The notes below the pieces were generated by a model that had not been told where the DNA came from, did no database searches, and saw only the letters and a program-made list of their open reading frames with translations. 13,902 nt of DNA. Source: Candidatus Heimdallarchaeota archaeon (GTDB taxonomy: Archaea > Asgardarchaeota > Heimdallarchaeia > Heimdallarchaeales > Heimdallarchaeaceae). The translations under genes were made by a program, and so were the position numbers. The stretch spans positions 1 to 13,902 of the forward strand of contig JABCTC010000066.1 in the NCBI GenBank assembly GCA_018238545.1. The letters are read 5' to 3'. Below are positions 1 to 7,077 of the stretch, piece after piece; the first letter of the stretch is position 1; each line of letters opens with the position of its first letter.

Positions 1-573
1 GAGTATTATAGGAACTCCTTCTCTCACATTCAAAGTGGTTTCAGATAAAATACTATTCTGACCACCTCCGCGTCCCCAACACTCATAAGAGTTACAGAAA
101 GTAATGGTAGAAGCTGAAGCTAACAATTCTTCATTTTCTGCTTCAACTGTAACGTTATTGTGATCACCTACTACAAATAAATCTGTACTGACATTGGCAT
201 CAAATGTATTTGCTTCAGGTTCTGTAGGAGCTGGCAAGGTATCACCACCCTTACTCACGGGTGGAGGAAATGTAGTATAATTTATATAACTCCAAGTCAC
301 GTTGAATGTGCTAGTAGTGTCATTTAAATTGAATGGATTACCAATCGCTGTCACTTCTGTTAAATTAGATTCAGCATCATAAGCAAGAATTTGTACGATG
401 TTATCAGTACTCATTAAAGTTATATTAAATATAATTATTGGGGATGTTGAATCGGCATTTAACCCTCTAATGGGACTAGGTTTATCCTCAATGACAGCTT
501 CTAAGGAATAGGTTGATAAGAGTAAGAGTGATATGAAAAGTGTTATAATTGCTATTTTAAACCGGATTTTCAT
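1..573 (-). CDS. Secreted/surface glycoprotein-like hypothetical protein (5' part, 191 codons, runs off the left edge)
   Basis: My translation from ATG at 573 is open to position 1: MKIRFKIAIITLFISLLLLSTYSLEA-VIEDKPSPIRGLNADSTSPIIIFNITLMST...NVREGVPIIL. It has a basic N-terminus and hydrophobic signal peptide, N-x-S/T sequons (NIT, NLT, NDT, NVT, NYT, NVS, NVT) and a Pro/Thr linker (PPPVSKGGDTLPAPTEPE). Confidence 0.8.
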   Translation of the reverse strand, partial: MKIRFKIAIITLFISLLLLSTYSLEAVIEDKPSPIRGLNADSTSPIIIFNITLMSTDNIVQILAYDAESNLTEVTAIGNPFNLNDTTSTFNVTWSYINYTTFPPPVSKGGDTLPAPTEPEANTFDANVSTDLFVVGDHNNVTVEAENEELLASASTITFCNSYECWGRGGGQNSILSETTLNVREGVPIIL

Positions 574-599
574 AGTAAATAAACGATTCATGAACAGAA

Positions 600-612
600 T
601 ACTTAAACTTTA
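600..612 (-). promoter_or_regulatory. Putative archaeal BRE/TATA promoter of the secreted-protein gene (leaderless)
   Basis: The minus strand reads TAAAG-TTTAAGTA, and the TATA-like box ends 27 nt before ATG 573. This is the spacing expected for a leaderless or very short-leader archaeal mRNA. Confidence 0.5.
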
Positions 613-654
613 CCTACTTAAAGCCTAAAAGAGCGCCATGCCTTACTTATTGTT

Positions 655-668
655 GTAACAAATGTTAC
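655..668. promoter_or_regulatory. Palindrome, candidate transcription-factor site in a divergent promoter region
   Basis: GTAACA-AA-TGTTAC is a perfect 6-bp inverted repeat lying between the two divergent TATA-like boxes (600-607 and 711-717). Confidence 0.35.
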
Positions 669-705
669 GTCAAACTAGCTGAATCATCTCTCAGTTGTAA
701 TAACA

Positions 706-717
706 AAGTCTTTTAAA
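706..717 (+). promoter_or_regulatory. Putative BRE/TATA promoter of DEAD-box helicase 1
   Basis: AAGTCTTTTAAA; the identical 12-mer recurs at 2210-2221 at the equivalent position upstream of helicase 2. Confidence 0.6.
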
Positions 718-742
718 GCATTGGGAAAAAATAATAATCAGA

Positions 743-866
743 GATGAGGAAGATAAGATAAGAATACTATTCTGTTTTTTCAACATTTCAGAAACTATGA
801 TATTAATTGAAAAGAATCAAACATTCGCAACAATAATACTTGGTTTTGAATCATAACTAATTACAG
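743..866 (+). ncRNA. Candidate structured 5' leader (cis-regulatory RNA), copy 1
   Basis: Blocks TGAGGAAGAT (745-754), TTTTTTCAAC (775-784), AGAATCA (813-819) and TACTTGGTTTT (837-847) recur in the same order in front of helicase 2. Blocks 1/2 and 3/4 are mutually complementary when G-U pairs are allowed. Confidence 0.55.
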
Positions 867-2144
867 ATGAAACCAATGAAATTTCAAGATTATAATATAA
901 AACAAGAAATTAAACAAGCTTTAGAAGAAATGGGGATACATACTCCAACTGATATACAGGAGAAAGCAATCCCAGCAATAATAGAGGGAGAAAAAAGTCA
1001 CATTTTAGCTCAAGCAAAAACAGGGACAGGGAAAACATTAGCATTTGCTATACCCTTAGCTGAGAAACTTGACCCATCACTACGCAATGTACAAGCAGTG
1101 ATAATGGTTCCAACAAGAGAATTATGTAAACAAGTATATCACGTAATAAGTGATGTGACAAAATATCGTCATCTTAAGGCAGTGGAAGTTTATGGGGGCG
1201 TCTCTATAGATCGACAAATACGCAACATTCGATCAGGTGCTCAAATAATAATTGCTACTCCAGGAAGACTAATTGATCTATACCATAGAAAAGCGGTAAC
1301 TTTCAAGAAAGTCAAGTTCGTGGTTCTAGATGAGGCAGATAGGATGCTTGATATGGGATTCCTTCCTGATATCGATTTCATTTTATTTGACGCTATGAAA
1401 GATGTATTTCCACGATTGTTATTGTTCTCTGCTACATTATTGGAGGAAATAAAGGAAATCGCTTCTGATTTTAGCTGGGGTCAAGAACTAATTGAAATAG
1501 ATGTCAGCAAGGACGAACTTACTGTTGCTTCTTGCAAGCAATATTACTATGAAGTTGATGACCCTAAGAAGAAGTACAATGCTTTCATTAAAATTCTGCT
1601 TAAGGAAAAACCAAGGTCTTGCATCATTTTTGTAAATACAAAAAGATGGGCAGCAATGTTGAAGAAACGGCTCATTAACGATAGAAGAATTCAATTAAAA
1701 ATAGATACTCTCCAAGGAGACATGACTCAAAAGCAAAGAGAAATAGTCATGAGTAATTTCAGGAAGAACAAAATTACCTGCCTAGTTGCTACTGATGTTG
1801 CTGCAAGAGGTTTGGATATCCCTCACGTATCTCATATATTTAATTATGATTTACCTGTTGGAAATGCTGAAAATTATGTTCATAGGATTGGTAGAACATC
1901 CAGAATGGAAAGTGTAGGAAAAGCTATTTCGATTATAGAAAGTGAACAGATGAATATGATTAGGCGTATTGAATCATTCATGAATAGAGATATACTAAAA
2001 TTATATTTGACAGAGAACGAAAGGAAAAACGACCGTGGTAGGGCTAAATATCCTCAAAGAAAGGAAAAAGAGCAAGTAACCTACAAAAAGGATAATGAGC
2101 AAGAAGATGATGATCCTTATTTAGCAGACCTCTCCCATTATTAA
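867..2144 (+). CDS. DEAD-box ATP-dependent RNA helicase (paralog 1; alternative start ATG 876)
   Basis: Full motif set: Q motif (F...PTDIQ), AKTGTGKT, PTRELC, GG, TPGRL, DEAD, SAT, IIFVNT, QKQR, TDVAARGLD, HRIGRTSR. It has a short charged tail ending in acidic EQEDDDPY and no recognisable DbpA RNA-binding domain. Confidence 0.97.
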   Translation: MKPMKFQDYNIKQEIKQALEEMGIHTPTDIQEKAIPAIIEGEKSHILAQAKTGTGKTLAFAIPLAEKLDPSLRNVQAVIMVPTRELCKQVYHVISDVTKYRHLKAVEVYGGVSIDRQIRNIRSGAQIIIATPGRLIDLYHRKAVTFKKVKFVVLDEADRMLDMGFLPDIDFILFDAMKDVFPRLLLFSATLLEEIKEIASDFSWGQELIEIDVSKDELTVASCKQYYYEVDDPKKKYNAFIKILLKEKPRSCIIFVNTKRWAAMLKKRLINDRRIQLKIDTLQGDMTQKQREIVMSNFRKNKITCLVATDVAARGLDIPHVSHIFNYDLPVGNAENYVHRIGRTSRMESVGKAISIIESEQMNMIRRIESFMNRDILKLYLTENERKNDRGRAKYPQRKEKEQVTYKKDNEQEDDDPYLADLSHY

Positions 2145-2173
2145 TTTCCTTTTTTCAATTTACCCACTTTTTC
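2145..2173 (+). terminator. Oligo-T/pyrimidine tract, putative archaeal terminator
   Basis: TTTCCTTTTTTCAATTTACCCACTTTTTC immediately follows the TAA stop. Confidence 0.45.
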
Positions 2174-2209
2174 ATTCAGAGAAGGTCTTTCTACGAATCT
2201 GTTCAATCG

Positions 2210-2221
2210 AAGTCTTTTAAA
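2210..2221 (+). promoter_or_regulatory. Putative BRE/TATA promoter of DEAD-box helicase 2
   Basis: AAGTCTTTTAAA, identical to 706-717. The TTTTAAA start lies 33 nt before TGAGGAAGAT (34 nt in copy 1). Confidence 0.6.
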
Positions 2222-2245
2222 ATGCTGTTCAAATGCACACTTGTA

Positions 2246-2365
2246 GTTGAGGAAGATTTCGAAATAAGTAATTATTTTGTTTAAGTTTTTTTCAACGCCC
2301 AAAATAATTACTCAGAATCATGCCTTCAAAGAATTGGTACTTGATTTTAATGTAATCTATAGACA
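2246..2365 (+). ncRNA. Candidate structured 5' leader (cis-regulatory RNA), copy 2
   Basis: Hairpin 1: GUUGAGGAAGAUUU (2246-2259) pairs over 14 bp with AAGUUUUUUUCAAC (2283-2296), capped by CGAAAUAA-GUAA-UUAUUUUG (GNRA tetraloop). Hairpin 2: AGAAUCA-UGCC-UUC-AAA-GAA-UU-GGUA-CU-UGAUUUU (2314-2348). Confidence 0.6.
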
Positions 2366-3823
2366 GTGATATCAATGAAATTTCAAGAATTAGATATAAA
2401 CAATAATATAAAACGCGCATTAGATGAAATGGGAATTGAAACTCCAACTAAAATACAGATTAAAGCGATTCCTAAACTTCTTGATGGTGGTAGAACACAT
2501 ATTTTAGCTCAAGCTAAGACAGGAACTGGAAAGACACTTGCTTTCGCCATTCCTATTACTAACCAGATTAGCCCTAAAGAACGCTCAGTTCAGGCAGTTG
2601 TATTAGTTCCTACTAGAGAATTATGCAAACAAGTGTATAGTGTTATTACTAACTTAAACAAGTATAGAAAATTGAAAACTGTTGAGGTTTATGGAGGTGT
2701 CTCTATCGACCGACAAAGAAAAGAGATCAAAGCTGGAGCCCAGATCGTTATAGCTACTCCAGGAAGGTTTATGGATCTTTACAGAAGAAGAGCTATTTCA
2801 TTAAATAAAGTAAGATTTGTTGTTTTAGACGAAGCAGATAGAATGCTCGATATGGGTTTTCTACCTGATATAAAGTATATTCTATTTGATGCAATGAAAG
2901 GTGTCTCTCCTCGCTTATTACTATTTTCAGCAACAATGCTTAAACAAATATCAAAGATTGCTCGCCAGTTCAGTCAAGGTGAAAAACTTGTTGAAATAAA
3001 TGTGAGCAAGGATGATATAACAGTAGCTAACTGTAGGCAGTATTATTACAAAATCAGAGAGCCTGGTCAGAAATATGCTAGTTTTGTTACACTTCTCAAA
3101 ATGGAACAACCCAAATCTTCGATTATTTTTGTAAACACAAGGAGATGGGGAGACAAACTTAGAAAGCGCTTAATACAGGAAAAAGGGCTCAATATGAAAT
3201 TCAGTACATTACATGGAGATAAAACACAAAACCAAAGAGAACGTGTTTTGAGGGATTTCAGAGATGAGAAAATTGATTGCCTGATAGCTACTAATGTTGC
3301 AGCAAGAGGACTAGATATTCCACATGTAACACACATTTTCAATTTTGATATACCAAGAGAAGGACCAGAAATATATGTCCATAGAATAGGAAGAACATCT
3401 CGAATGGAAAATGAAGGAAAGGCAATTTCACTTGTTACTAATGACCAAATGAAAATGATTCGAGAAATAGAAAAATTCATGCAAAAACCAATTCAAACGC
3501 TCTATTTCAGTGAAAATCAGCAAATTACAATAAAAGAAAAATCCAAAAAGAAATATTCAAGCAGTAGTGAAACCAAAAGGAAATCCTCAAGTTATGGCGG
3601 ATCTAAAAGGAAATCTTCAAGTTATGGTGGATCTAAAAGGAAATCTTCAAGTTATGGTGGATCTAAAAGGAAATCTTCAAGTTATGGTGGATCTAAAAAG
3701 AAATCTTCAAGTTATGGTGGATCTAAAAAGAAATCCTCAAACTATGGTGGATCTAAAAAGAAATCCTCAAACCAGGGTGGAAACAAAAAGAGCAGTCCAA
3801 TTGCAATTCCTGCAAGCGATTAA
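2366..3823 (+). CDS. DEAD-box ATP-dependent RNA helicase (paralog 2) with a basic Ser/Gly/Tyr repeat tail (GTG start; alternative ATG 2375)
   Basis: Motifs PTKIQ, AKTGTGKT, PTRELC, TPGRF, DEAD, SAT, IIFVNT, LHGD..QNQR, TNVAARGLD and HRIGRTSR. It is colinear with paralog 1 and shares long identical blocks with it (e.g. FVVLDEADRMLDMGFLPDI, ILFDAMK, HRIGRTSRME). Confidence 0.97.
   Translation: MISMKFQELDINNNIKRALDEMGIETPTKIQIKAIPKLLDGGRTHILAQAKTGTGKTLAFAIPITNQISPKERSVQAVVLVPTRELCKQVYSVITNLNKYRKLKTVEVYGGVSIDRQRKEIKAGAQIVIATPGRFMDLYRRRAISLNKVRFVVLDEADRMLDMGFLPDIKYILFDAMKGVSPRLLLFSATMLKQISKIARQFSQGEKLVEINVSKDDITVANCRQYYYKIREPGQKYASFVTLLKMEQPKSSIIFVNTRRWGDKLRKRLIQEKGLNMKFSTLHGDKTQNQRERVLRDFRDEKIDCLIATNVAARGLDIPHVTHIFNFDIPREGPEIYVHRIGRTSRMENEGKAISLVTNDQMKMIREIEKFMQKPIQTLYFSENQQITIKEKSKKKYSSSSETKRKSSSYGGSKRKSSSYGGSKRKSSSYGGSKRKSSSYGGSKKKSSSYGGSKKKSSNYGGSKKKSSNQGGNKKSSPIAIPASD
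3545..3784 (+). repeat. In-frame 30-bp tandem repeat, 8 units (degenerate first and last), encoding K[R/K]KSSSYGGS
   Basis: Consensus unit AAAAGGAAATCTTCAAGTTATGGTGGATCT; units start at 3545 (degenerate), 3575, 3605, 3635, 3665, 3695, 3725 and 3755, with no spacers. Confidence 0.95.
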
Positions 3824-3877
3824 ACAATTTGATTTTTCAAGATATGCTAATTGGCTGACAAGTAAGGAGGTAACTAT

Positions 3878-3915
3878 CCTCTAATTCTTTCCTTTTTCTT
3901 CTTATAAATTAGAGG
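3878..3915. terminator. Inverted repeat enclosing a pyrimidine tract at the convergent gene junction
   Basis: CCTCTAATT (3878-3886) and AATTAGAGG (3907-3915) form perfect 9-bp arms around CTTTCCTTTTTCTTCTTATA. The right arm contains the vWA gene stop codon. Confidence 0.4.
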
Positions 3916-5273
3916 TATTTTTTTAGTTGGTCAATTAATTTATCAAAACTACCTTGTATTGTTCTAATGCCATTACTTTTCAGTCTACTTACAAATCGTG
4001 TATTCATATACACATGACCTCTTCTATTCATACTAGCTAGGGAAATGATTTTTACTCCGTCTTCTTTCATTGAAATCATGTTATTAAACAGAACATCGTC
4101 GCTTCCACCCTCGTAATAGTCAGTTATTAGAACTAAAGCAGTGTTTTTTGGGTCTGTAATACTTTTTTTTGCTTCCAGAAGAGCTAAATTTATGTATGTT
4201 CCTCCTCCTAATCTGGTCTGCATCAAAGCTTCAAGAGGGTCGGTAACATATTTTGTAAGGTTAACAACTCTAGTATCAAAAGCAAATAATTCAATATCTG
4301 TATTTGGAAGCCCTGAAAATACTGAAGCCAATATTACTGATTGAACCATGGCATCTACCATTGATCCGCTTTGGTCTACAACAATAATGATTTTAGTTGG
4401 AATGGTTTTTTTTCCTGCTCTGTAATAAATCAGTTTGTCTACAAATAGACGCTGTTCCTCTTCTTCCCAATTTGGAAGGTTTTTCCAGATGGTTCGTTTA
4501 AGGTTTAGATTTCTGAAAATCTTCTTAGGTACAATATCGGGGTTAGGGATTTTGCGAATAGCTTTCTCAACCTTGTGTTTGAGAACTTCAGCAACTTTAA
4601 GCACATATTTTCTTATTAGTGCTTTTGCATGAACTAATGAAACACCACTGAGCTTATGTTTCTCATAAAGTAGTTCCTCAACAAGATGTATTGATGGATC
4701 AATAGTTTTATGCAACTCCTCGTCTTTGAGAAGTTCTATCACGCTCATTTTCTTAACCATTTTTGCTTCTAGAAGGTAGAAAACATCTTCGATATCTTCT
4801 TTGTTTATCGTAAAACCAGATCCAGTTGAAGTTCCACCTAATTTTCCATAACCTTTTCCGCCTTTTCCCACCATCTCCTTCCATTTCTCTGTAGATTTCT
4901 TCCATTCATGCATATCTGCAGCTCTTACATTATTTTGCTGACTAGGAGTGAATAAGTCTTGAATATTTTTAGATTTCATCAACATTTCCTTAATTAATGC
5001 TGTTTCATCTAAATCCATTGGGTCTTCAAGTCCTTGTTCTTCCATTTTTGCATCTGTAGCTTCAGTTTTTTCTTTATCTTTCAATTGATCAGGAAATTGT
5101 TTTTTCAGGTTTTCCAGAGATTGTTGAGAATTCATAAAATCCTCAGGCAAATCGTTTTTCTTTGAAAGGTCTGACATTTGTTTCTGCAGTGGTGATTTAG
5201 ACCCTAGAGACCCAAGAAGGGAGTGCCAATGGGTCAAAGCTCTTATATTGGGGTTCAATTTTGTCTCGCTCAT
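3909..5273 (-). CDS. vWA domain protein (VWA_CoxE / YehP-like), MoxR partner
   Basis: MIDAS elements VVDQSGSM, LGGGTYI and LITDYYEG, preceded by LNLKRTIWKNL (CoxE-like 'RTIR.N' segment). Last gene of an operon headed by a MoxR ATPase; ATGA overlap at 5270-5273. Confidence 0.88.
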   Translation of the reverse strand: MSETKLNPNIRALTHWHSLLGSLGSKSPLQKQMSDLSKKNDLPEDFMNSQQSLENLKKQFPDQLKDKEKTEATDAKMEEQGLEDPMDLDETALIKEMLMKSKNIQDLFTPSQQNNVRAADMHEWKKSTEKWKEMVGKGGKGYGKLGGTSTGSGFTINKEDIEDVFYLLEAKMVKKMSVIELLKDEELHKTIDPSIHLVEELLYEKHKLSGVSLVHAKALIRKYVLKVAEVLKHKVEKAIRKIPNPDIVPKKIFRNLNLKRTIWKNLPNWEEEEQRLFVDKLIYYRAGKKTIPTKIIIVVDQSGSMVDAMVQSVILASVFSGLPNTDIELFAFDTRVVNLTKYVTDPLEALMQTRLGGGTYINLALLEAKKSITDPKNTALVLITDYYEGGSDDVLFNNMISMKEDGVKIISLASMNRRGHVYMNTRFVSRLKSNGIRTIQGSFDKLIDQLKKYL

Positions 5274-6619
5274 TTTTTATCTCTCAGGATTTTGCTACTT
5301 CTTTCTTTTAGTATAGAATAAATGGGGTTTTCAGTACTGATTTTTTCAGATATTAGTCCCAAAAACACATTACTCGCACCTATGGAAGTTAAAGGTTTGA
5401 AGAACCAACCGTTATCAAATCTTAATTCCATTAACATATTATTTTTCGTAACAGGTCTTTGTACTCTCTTCGTGGGTTGAAGTTCAAAACGAATTGGAAT
5501 TTCTTTATCTCCTACCTTAACTGTTTGATTCTTTATATCCTCTAATTTTATGATACAAGGAAGTTTGAAATGAATTGGATGCCTGTCTATAGCTTGAATT
5601 TTCGAGATAAGCAAGGGATTTTTGTCAGCTGATTTTTGTACAACATCTAAAATATCAAACGTTTCTGTTGTGAGTTTATAATCTGTTAAAACAAGATTCC
5701 CATTTTGTTGAAGAACACCATTACTAACCTTAATAATATTAGATTTGAGTAATCCATCAATCAAATTCTGATTTTCTTGTTTGAGCTGGAACCAAAATTC
5801 TTCGATGGGTACAAGATCTATGATAAATTTCGATTTTTCAATCTCCACATATATTTTCTCTTTTTTATTTTCTAAAATGCCATTAAATACAATTGTAAGA
5901 AAATTTCTATGAACATATGGTTGTAGACCAAGTAATTTTAAGTTCCCATTTACCTCCCTTACTTTGGATGGTATCTGTTTCTTCAAGGTGAGAAGATAAG
6001 CTTTGCACCATAGATCCATCCATCTTACTTGAATGGAGTGCTCCTTTTCTTTAGTATCGGAACGAACTAGAATAATCTCGTTACTTAATCCTCTCAAAAT
6101 CACTCCTAAGCGCTTCAATTTTTTATTATCTTCAACTGTCTGTAACACAGTTTCGAAGGATTGTATTGATTCTTTATTAAGATCTGAAAAACCTCCTATG
6201 GCTATGTCAATCAACCAATTTTGAATGTTAGACAAGAGTGTACTCATTTCTTCGGTGTGTTCTTCAAAAGTTGTATCGCTTTCTTGTGTAAGAAAAGTTA
6301 TTTTTTTCTCCAGAACCTCTTCAGCTTTTGCGTATAATGCATCATGAATACTACCATGTATCGACGTAATAGCTAATACTAAAGCGGTGAAATTATCTTT
6401 ATGGAAATCTGATTTTTGTAATTTGTCTATTCCCTGCGGAACAATCTCTCTTAATGGACTATTTACAAATCCTTTTGCTAGTTGATTTAAGACATCCTTC
6501 TCTTTTTGAATTAACTTGCTAAATCCATTATAAAACAGAAAAGATAAATCCTGTGTTAATTTAATTGCCTTATCTAGATCTCCTGTCAAATCATAGAAAT
6601 TTACATTTTTGTCACTCAT
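5270..6619 (-). CDS. Hypothetical 449-aa protein, possibly the C-terminal portion of a SWIM/YehQ-like component
   Basis: Long ORF with a GAGGTGA RBS (6624-6630) and ATGA overlaps at both ends. The N-half looks helical (WLIDIAIGGF, RWMDLWCKAYLL) and the C-half beta-rich. The family call rests on recalled motif resemblance only. Confidence 0.75.
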   Translation of the reverse strand: MSDKNVNFYDLTGDLDKAIKLTQDLSFLFYNGFSKLIQKEKDVLNQLAKGFVNSPLREIVPQGIDKLQKSDFHKDNFTALVLAITSIHGSIHDALYAKAEEVLEKKITFLTQESDTTFEEHTEEMSTLLSNIQNWLIDIAIGGFSDLNKESIQSFETVLQTVEDNKKLKRLGVILRGLSNEIILVRSDTKEKEHSIQVRWMDLWCKAYLLTLKKQIPSKVREVNGNLKLLGLQPYVHRNFLTIVFNGILENKKEKIYVEIEKSKFIIDLVPIEEFWFQLKQENQNLIDGLLKSNIIKVSNGVLQQNGNLVLTDYKLTTETFDILDVVQKSADKNPLLISKIQAIDRHPIHFKLPCIIKLEDIKNQTVKVGDKEIPIRFELQPTKRVQRPVTKNNMLMELRFDNGWFFKPLTSIGASNVFLGLISEKISTENPIYSILKERSSKILRDKK

Positions 6620-7077
6620 TTTTTCACCTCTAATTTAGTGTAAAACCATCTGCTTTCAGGTATGGACTCGTCCTGCATATCGTTTAGTTCCAAAAATCTT
6701 AGTTTCTCTTGAAAACGAGTGAAAACTTCAGAATACCTTGCTGATCCATCTTGTACCAAACTATAGGTTTTATTGATTACATCAAGACCTCTTATGGCAT
6801 CAACTGTTTTTGCATTGGAAAGTAAACTATTCAAATGACTACACATTGAACCGCGTAATCCTCCACATGGTCTATTATTATTGGTGTGACAAGTGAAAGT
6901 ATTTGTGTTAAAATCTAGAACACACACATATACTCTTTCTAAACTGCTCCCACTTGAAACAACACCTTGGATTCTGTTATTGTAAAACTCTACAAATGGT
7001 ACTTTTTTTATGCCTCTATTCCTTAAGGGTGGTGGGTCTAAAATGCCTATACTTCCTGAATTTTTTATATCTATCAT
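6616..7077 (-). CDS. Small SWIM-like zinc-finger protein
   Basis: IQGVVSSGSSLERVYVCVLD followed by C63-x7-C71-x7-C79-x-H81; ATGA overlaps with both neighbours. Confidence 0.7.
   Translation of the reverse strand: MIDIKNSGSIGILDPPPLRNRGIKKVPFVEFYNNRIQGVVSSGSSLERVYVCVLDFNTNTFTCHTNNNRPCGGLRGSMCSHLNSLLSNAKTVDAIRGLDVINKTYSLVQDGSARYSEVFTRFQEKLRFLELNDMQDESIPESRWFYTKLEVKK

Noticed and set aside
745-755. TGAGGAAGAT as a bona fide E. coli-type cold box or as the Shine-Dalgarno site
   Set aside because: It matches the cold box only loosely and is about 115-120 nt from the start codon, too far for an RBS. It is retained only as one strand of the conserved leader helix.
3545-3784. 30-bp repeats as a CRISPR array
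   Set aside because: Units are head-to-tail with no unique spacers, lie in frame inside the helicase CDS, and there are no cas genes in the window.
3567-3884. 105-aa ORF (DLKGNLQVMV repeats) as a separate gene or frameshift product
   Set aside because: It is an alternate frame of the tandem repeat, open because the unit lacks a stop in that frame. It has a GTG start without an RBS and no independent support.
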